The notes under the pieces were generated by a model. The model was not told the origin of the DNA. It saw nothing but the letters and a program-made list of their open reading frames with translations, and did not search any database. The translations under genes and the position numbers were made by a program. A stretch of DNA of 58,714 bases, counting the filler, from Sphacelaria rigidula (taxonomy: Eukaryota), in assembly GCA_964200075.2 (NCBI GenBank). It is 2 parts of 2 records of this genome, joined end to end, with 100 filler letters (N's around TTAATTAATTAA, not from the genome) between each part and the next. Parts side by side here need not be neighbours in the genome. Positions count along the whole stretch, not along the records: positions 29,435 to 58,714 come from CAXNAA020000084.1; 1 more part is not named here. One strand, given 5' to 3'. Of this stretch, positions 51,401 to 58,714 are shown one piece after another (within the stretch, counting starts at the first letter, position 1; the number at the start of each line of letters is the position of its first letter).

Positions 51401-53179
51401 GTCTATTATCAAAGTAGAAACCACAGTGATTGTACACAATAATACGGGTTAATCCAGAAGGGTACTGGGGTGGCCGAGTGCTTGTACCGCGGGGCGAACT
51501 CAGCTGTCAGCGCAACCCATTCTGACTCTGCGCTTATTAAACATTCAGTGTTTCGCGTGTATCCTTGCATGCGCCACCGGTGTGGTAGCCGTCTTCCGGT
51601 CTTGAAAAAAAGCTGCAGAGTGTCAGTTTTTTTTTCGTCCTCCGGTGATATTATGTTGATGGTGATTGAAGGCCGGGTCCGGCTTGAACTCAACCGTGAG
51701 TTTTAATTCGAAGAAAGTATAGTACGAGACCAAATCTGTCAAGGGCATACTGAATGCTAAGTCAAGCGTGATTTGTCGTATCAGGCGGATGGCGAGACTA
51801 AGAAGCGCGACTTGCGTCTTCTGGAGGCAGATAACGATCGGCTTGCCACGGAACTGGGTCAAATCGACATGTCTTTGATGCAGGCGTTGGAGGACAACGG
51901 GCTCACTCTGGACAACGTTAATCTTCAAAACAGTGTCATGTCAAGAAGGCTGGGCCGTCGGAGGTTAGTGCCTCCTCCCTCTCCGTTTCAATGCCGTTTG
52001 AACATACTGTGCAAATTTCGAGAAGATCCAACTCTGAAAACGTGCGAGCTCCACGCTAGCTCACTGATGTGATATGGCAGTTTCAACGATGCTACAAATG
52101 ATTCACAACTCAGATCATGGTCGCATTGTTCGTGCTTGCGTACGTTGTCCATGTCCAATTGTCCAGCGTGAGGGTCAAACGGCACAGCACCACGAACAGC
52201 CACGCAGCTGGGACCTCACGAGATGACACAGGGCCGCCGATCAGAAACGCGGGGCCCTTGATCTCCCCCCAGGGCGCCCCTTCTAGCAGCAGAGCCCATC
52301 TGCCAGTGCGCGCTGGCAATCGCACCGCCTTTGAGCGAGATGAGGTAGCGGTGGCGTGGGCCCCCAAAGGGAGAATGAGGGCAGGGGAGGGAAACAAGGA
52401 CACGGTATCGAGGGTACGCAGACGAACGCCTCCACAACAGCCTCACACAAGCGCGTCGGGTATGGAGATGGCGATGAGGGATGGGACAGGGAGGCAGGGT
52501 GGGGACGGAGGATCGGGAATGCGTGCAGGCGGCAGTGGAGGTGTTGGTGACGTTGCGCATGGGCCGCGGCAATCCTCGAGGCGAACGTACGACACAAAGA
52601 CGTTAGCTCTGCCGGCGGCTGATGGCTGGGATCCCGCGGTGAGATACCCCTGTTTTTGCAGTCAACCAGTGAAAAGTGCGTTGTTCGAAGCGAGGGTCGC
52701 CAGAGTTGTAAGGTGCCATGCAATGCGCGCTCATGCCCGTGACAAGAAGACCTACTAACACTGGGGAGAAGAGTATTGCCCTACTGGCATACTTGATACT
52801 ATGGTCGGGACAGTATCAGTATCAAGGAGGGTGATCGGCGATTGAACGCTGCACCGTATACGTGTATGGCCTGAGCTTTTCCTGCCTTCCCTCTCTTTGC
52901 ATCTCCGTCCTTCCGCACCATCTCGTGTTTCTCGCGCGCACTAAGATCCACACAATAGAACGTGAAATCGAGCAACTCTCAGATCGACTCAACGGTCAGG
53001 GGTCTAACGTGTCCACTAACCGTCGTCACGACGGCAGCAACGAAGATCCTAGACGTGGAGACCCACAGGCGCAAAGTAACACGGGAAAACGTTGTCGCGT
53101 CAGGAGCAACTCCGAGGTTTCACCAGCCCGGGTACCGGACACACAGCGGCCGCGGAGAGAGAGCGGGGGGGCGGCGTAG
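33433..53179 (+). CDS. Large kinesin-like protein (kinesin-3-like motor, long N-terminal extension, coiled-coil tail), ~2450 aa, 25 inferred exons
   Basis: GT-AG exons in consistent phase: 33433-33960, 35082-35521, 35792-36004, 36210-36414, 36615-36836, 37106-37289, 37740-38026, 38473-38772, 38981-39145, 39506-39583, 39839-41575, 41840-41896, 42423-43259, 46679-46786, 47283-47417, 48116-48211, 48630-48758, 49037-49220, 49458-49699, 49930-50088, 50324-50398, 51282-51374, 51785-51963, 52167-52638, 52946-53179 (7359 nt). Motifs: VAVRVRP, FDYDRVFWS, FAYGHTGSGKTYSM, EIYNDKIRDLL, VREHPQTGPYV, SSRGH, VDLAGSE, PFRDSILTWLLK, TISPS..ETMNTLKYA. The terminal exons are less certain than the motor exons. 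Confidence 0.88.
43609..44403. mobile_element. Non-autonomous Tc1/mariner-like element, copy 2 (kinesin intron)
   Basis: TA|CAGGCTGGTTCAGGGTGAA ... TCCATCCTGAATCAGCCTG. Colinear with 7388-8611 but shorter. Confidence 0.8.
45063..45148. repeat. Degenerate minisatellite (AATAGTAC/AGTACCTAT units)
   Basis: Repeated TAGTAC, CAGTAC and GTACCTAT words. Confidence 0.7.
45159..45407. mobile_element. ~250-bp MITE with perfect 23-bp inverted repeats
   Basis: TTTTCGTGAGATTGAGAGTAGAG (45166-45188) versus CTCTACTCTCAATCTCACGAAAA (45378-45400). Confidence 0.75.
47439..47857. mobile_element. ~420-bp foldback MITE in a kinesin intron
   Basis: ATTATCTTCGAAAATTAGGTTGAAC..GTTTCAAC..GTGCTTT..AAAGTAATGACAAATGA is mirrored by TCATTTGTCATCACTTT..AAAGCAC..GTTGAAAC..GTTCAACCTCATTTTGGAAAATAAT. 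Confidence 0.8.
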
Positions 53180-54290
53180 GTCATGGAACAACGTTCGTAA
53201 TGTATAACTTGTAAATACGAAATATGTCGCATCGTGTGACGTTGTGGTGAAGGATTCCAAGTACAAGGCTGAGCACAAGACGGTCCACGTGCTGTTCCGT
53301 AATGGCAGGTGCAAAATGTCCCATGTGTGTCGAGCGCTTTGTTCTACCTGACATATCCACCTCTCCTCCGAAAGGTTTCGCTGTCAGGTCCCGTTGTCCC
53401 TACGCGGGAGGGGAGCGAACTTTGGAGCAGTGGCAATTATCAGCGGCTACTGTCCCCACAGCACAGATGCAGACGACGAAGCGACGTCAAATAACGGGAT
53501 CGTACCAATTGGGGTTGGATCATTCACTGTGGATGAGCACCCGGCGAATTGGATCCTTCGTATCCACACCTAATCTTCCGCACATGTTTCCATTTCTTCA
53601 CTTGCCGATAGCTGTTGACAACCACTACACGCCACACATATTTGCGTCCAATTGCATCACTTACGATATGTCGGTTAGCGAAATGCAAATGTGTATGGCA
53701 TGTAGTAGTCATTGGCTACCAGTAAGTGAAGTAATGGAAACATACTTCGAGGATTTGATTTCTCCGCGGTTTCATCTCCAAAAACAGACCATATTCTACA
53801 CAACCCGAGTAAATTCTGGAATTGTCGACCACAAGGAAGCACGTGCACGATGCTGTAAAATATATTAACCCTCATCTTTAAATGTCCACTTCTTCGCGTG
53901 GTGCGCACCGTACTTGATATATTCTTTACTCATTACTTTGAAATCCCCTTCCGCCGCCGTGCGCGGAATGTCAAAGAATGTACGGGATGCGCACGAGTTT
54001 TCTTCATCTCCGCACCGATTGGCTATTTTCCAAAAACACCGACACGGGGGGGGGGGCTGCTCTGCTTACAAGAACAGGTGTTGAAGGTTTTTAGACAAAA
54101 TTACGCTCCCCACAATTTCGTGTTTGATGAAATGCACAAACGACAGTCACCTTGTATCGCTGCTTGCTGCAGGAGCGGAAAGATACAAAAAAAAAGCCAC
54201 GCCAAAGACGCCGTACACGCCCCCAAACCACCCACCCAACACCCCACACAAACACACCCCCCCGCCCCGCCACCCCCCGCAGGGCCAAAC

Positions 54291-54300
54291 NNNNNNNNNN
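54291..54300. other. Assembly gap (N10) with duplicated, low-quality flanks
   Basis: AGATACAAAAAAAAAGCCACGCCAAAGACGCCGTAC occurs on both sides (54181 and ~54302); C/A-rich noise precedes the gap. Confidence 0.9.
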
Positions 54301-56593
54301 AAAGATACAAAAAAAAAGCCACGCCAAAGACGCCGTACGCGTGCCAAAACCTTCGGACTCAGTGACAGATCTAACTTATACGACTGCCCCAAAACACCTC
54401 GAAGCTACAAACTCATCACCCCACACAACCACACCTCGCCGTCTCGGCATCTCGGACGAGGCTAAAATCACGGGGGGACAGACAGGTCAAGACAGAAAGC
54501 AATGTGCCAAGCAATACCACTTTGGCAGAGAAAAACCGCCGTCTACACCGGCAAAAGGGCACTTACAGCTGTAATCGCACTGCTGCTTTCTTTCGTCCTT
54601 CTGACACTAAAATTTTTCCGAAACTTGTGCGCACTTGCTGTGTATGGGGAGTGACAGCACATGGCGTTTGCGCTCTACACTCCTTGTTTTATCGAGAGCA
54701 AAGATCGTTTACATAATCACGCATGACGAGCAGCCCTGTCCCCTGCTCCGTCGTTCATAGGTGTCGAGGTAAGTAAGTTGGTGTCGGTTGATGGCACCCC
54801 TGCGCTGGCTGCGAATGTACTCCACTGCTTTGATGGGGTCCTGAGTACAAGGCGAGGAACACAATGAAGGGAAAGGGGTGGTGGTCAGTGCCGACTATTT
54901 AGGAAAGGTCTCCTATTTCCAGGCCAGACGCTTGACTTGTAGCAGTCTAGGAGAAAAGAGTGCGAGGAAAGGTGCCGAAAACAGACCAGATCGCATAAGT
55001 GGAGCAGCTCGCCAGATTTTGATCCGGCCTTGTAACAGTGCCGCAAATTATGGAGTATTTGTCATTTGAAACATCAACTCCCTGCTGGAAAGCGTTCGTG
55101 CACCATCTAGACCGGAATCACAAAGCCTACATACTACACGCCACTCTCCCCGGAAGAGAGCGAACAATGTCTTCCGAGTTGATGACAAAAAACAGGGCGA
55201 AAAGTACGTTATTTGCAACTGTTTGACCACCCCGGAGCATGCTGAGCGCCCCGATGAGTCAATGGAGCACCCCTCCTGACACACGATCCCAACAACTCGA
55301 ACGCGCTCGAGTACCCTGATAATATTTGGCGTCCGCGACGTTACGGTAGCTGTTTCGATCCCCATCTCATCGTCAGGAATTGAAGAGCTCAGAGCACATT
55401 TTCTGGGGAAATGCACCAGTGTGCGTGATTTTCCACTTCAAGATCAATCAAGTAGGGGAGTGAGGGCATCCACGGCGTGAGGATTTGATCCGCTGGGAGG
55501 TAGCTGGCCGGACCGGAGCTCAGCCCTGGCGCCGTTGTATATACCTGGACTGATTCACTCTCGCCCGAGTCGCGGACGGAAAACGTCTAGACTTCGGTCC
55601 CAACTTTGGTCCCGCGTGGAGTAAAAACATGTTTGGCCCAGCACTCATCGGTTGCTGTTTGGGACATATCTTGCTCATGCGGTTATTTACACCACACGAT
55701 CTCTCCGCTATACCAGTGGTAGTCTCTCGCTCTTAGGGAGCTGGTGGGTGGGAGTTTCTGCTCAGCCAGCGCGGCTTACCGTGATGAAAAACCGCATGTT
55801 TCGCGTCCCTTGTGTTACTTTGACGGAAGATATAGGAATAACTATGCAACGTCAAGATGAAGCAGGACGCAGTACGCCAACGAAGCACAACATGAATCAA
55901 CAACATTTGTATACCGTCCGTCTTCTGCACGGCCGACGGCCACGCAATAATATTTCCACACAGCAACCAAATACCCCTTTACTTATTAAGGTCACATCGT
56001 CATGTTCTGTTCATCTACTGCAAGGTACGGAATCTTTTTAACGTCAACACTATCGATCAATTTCTCGGATTCGTCCCACGACGTTTTAGCGGAAGGGTAT
56101 GGAAGTTCCGGGAGAGGAGCGAATCGACCAGCCGAACACCTCTTGAACCGTACAGTAGGGGGCAGCCTAGCTATTCAGGTGTGTTCCGTGATTTTCTTCG
56201 TGTACTACTTTTCGATATAACTCGGAAATATACCTACTCAATATTGAGTGCAGACAAAAAAAAATGTTGGAATGTGGAGTGGATACTAGTATCTTCGGAT
56301 CCCCGATGTGATCACCGGTGACAAGCGGAAAGACCCGAAGAAGATGTAAAAATGCGAAAAAAAAACGCAGATGCCACAAAATGATTAGTTATTGGTGATC
56401 GAAAAATCGGAACACTGTTTGTGTACAAAATCGTCGACAACTCATTCACAAGAAGAAAAAACTCAAGGGGGCGACACTGAGGTCTTGAGGACTCGGGGGG
56501 GGGGGGGGGGGGGGGGGCCGTCCCCCGGGCCGGGGAAAGCGCGGGGGGGGGGAAAAGGGGGGGTGGGGGGTTTTCGGGGGAAAATGGAGAGCC

Positions 56594-56603
56594 NNNNNNN
56601 NNN
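56594..56603. other. Assembly gap (N10) with G-rich low-quality flanks
   Basis: Runs of G from ~56495 to ~56660. Confidence 0.9.
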
Positions 56604-58714
56604 GGCGAGTGGGTAGAGGGCGGCGCGGGGGGGGGGCGCGGCGGCGGTGGGCGGGTGGGGGTCCTTCCGCTGAGCATCGGAGAAGCTCACGGTGTCGAAC
56701 ATGTGTGTTTGGAAGTTTCTCGCGGAAAATTATGAGCCGTGCACGTAGAGGTAGACAGTTGGTAAAAACATTCGCAGTCTACCCTCAAATCTCATTTTGA
56801 TCATGCCAAATCCACCATATAATACACAACCAGAGGGCAGTGTTCGAGCATCTTCGGTACTCTGTCTGTTCAATACTACCTCGGCGTCCTACTAGCTCCA
56901 CACCTCCATCTGGCATCAAACGTCATGGCGCAACACGCGAGCGACCGCCACGAGTATCCTACGCACGTAGATGTAGACAAGTACTTCGACGGTGAGGCGA
57001 CCGCCATCGCCGAGCAATTGCTCAACGGTAGTCAGGGGCGTTCGCGGCGGTAGATATGATGCGATATCCAAAGCACGCTGCAGACCGCACGTGCAGCCGC
57101 GGCATGGTACACTACAGACTGCACAGCAATGTAGTAGGCGTAACGATCAGGTGGTCGACAACCACATCACCGTCTGTGTTATGACTCTCACAACTATATG
57201 CCCCTTCCGCGCTCCCGGTCCCATCTGCTGTGGAGTAGGCGTGTTGAGTCGTGACAAAGGAATGATTCTCAACTCAAAACGTGGAGTGTTTACCTCAGTC
57301 TACCAGCGAGGGGGTCGCCGTCTAAGGGTTAACGTGCACAGGAATCTCCTCTGGATAGGGGATTGCTGTGCACCTCGAAGGGGGAACATATATGTCCGGT
57401 TGACACGGGCACATGCAAAGGCTCACCACACAACCCATCACAATCACGGCTGAACCTGACGAACTTGGTGGCCCCGCATACAAAAAAAATACACAGCTCA
57501 AGCCGTAGCTGCTCATCAGCTGTGCATGTTGTGCGTGACCTTGCTCAAATCTGTTTAGAATTCATTGAGAGGTGATGATTTGTGTGAGACGCGTGCGCAG
57601 CACACGCTACCAAAACGGTCAGCAATGACACGCACGCGGCCGCCATTCGTCCAATATAGAACGGATTTCCGTCAAACAAAGGCTGCCGTGTGTAGATTAG
57701 CAAGGGCTAGCAGTGAAACTGATGCGCGTGAGTGGTGAGTGTCTGTCCGTGTTTTTTCGGGGCTGGGTGTGTAGGTATTGCGCTATCTCGTTGCGTGATG
57801 TCTACAGCATTACACAGACCTTGGACTAACGACCACTTCCAGACCCACCACATTTCTGAACGTGCGTGGACGTCTGGAGTAAAATATATTCAAAACTGCT
57901 TCTCGATGGGACTCGCGACTGGTCGTTATGGGGCCATTCCCCCGGCGAAAGAGGATTGTGAATAATGGGATAATCCCCGTCAAAAAGGGCCGTTACAACA
58001 TATATCATGCATTCAGTCTCAAAATTCCGTGGAAAAGGCTTGAAAATGAACAGCACAATCGCGCTTCATATTTTCGTGGCTGGTCCATCTTCACGTAGGA
58101 ACCGGTCTTCGACACGAGCGCACGATTATGCAGCTCAGTTTCGGCTCGTTTTCTGTTAAATACATTGCTCTGCTTCGCATCGCGCCTCCAATTTTCCTGT
58201 CCTCTTACATTGGAATGGAATGGAAAAGGGACAGAACAGACAAACACTCTCACAGTGGTGTTCCTTTTCGATAGGATGAAGGCGGTATTTCACGGTGAGG
58301 TGTACGTTCTACTAGTTGAAGTCATGTTCCGCAGTTTCAATTATCTCGAGCTCGGACAGGAGTTCATCGTGGGAAAAGGGTTGGGCACTGTTAGCTTCAA
58401 CAGCTCGCTTAACGGGCGATGCCGCACATGGGAGAAAGCTGCATGACGCATGACATTCGTCACAGCACACGTTGCAAGCGTTTTTTACTAAATAGATCCA
58501 TGTATCAACAATAGAGCGAGTTAGCGCAGATTTCTCTAGATACGGGTCCCACTCTGTGCGCATCTGTTTTGAAACACACATCCTCGTCTGTTGTACAAGA
58601 AATATGCTGTTGGCTGCTATGGGTTCGACACTGCGTACCAACCGCGACGTTACGCCTTCGGTGGTACTACCTGCTCACTGCACAGCGGCAGGGTGCAGGG
58701 TGACAAAGCCCACC

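Noticed and set aside
53302..53868. 188-aa ORF downstream of the kinesin
   Set aside because: No motifs; lies in the probable 3' UTR.
54181..54340. Tandem duplication or target-site duplication
   Set aside because: The duplicated ~36-mer flanks an N gap, typical of unmerged overlapping contig ends.

Overview
Eukaryotic, intron-rich genomic DNA. Gene content and style suggest a brown alga or another stramenopile (inference). A 100-bp artificial spacer (N44-TTAATTAATTAA-N44, 29335-29434) joins two contigs, so adjacency across it is unverified. Left part: a decayed intron-containing DxxH/DDE transposase (minus, ~1870-3923), many MITE/foldback elements, a large Pmp-repeat (GGA[ILVM]/FxxN) adhesin-like multi-pass membrane gene (11950-22877), and a decayed Ty3/Gypsy gag-protease interrupted by a second LTR element with non-canonical TA...TA LTRs (25350-29051). 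Right part: the 5' two exons of a plastid-targeted EamA/DMT transporter (minus), head-to-head with a hand-built 25-exon, ~2450-aa divergent kinesin gene (33433-53179). No CRISPR, rRNA or intact tRNA genes were found. I found no clearly new biological system. The best leads are the TA-TA LTR element with a palindrome where the tRNA primer site should be, an exon insertion possibly rescued by a GC-AG intron, the altered kinesin switch motifs, and a speculative TET/JBP-like relic.
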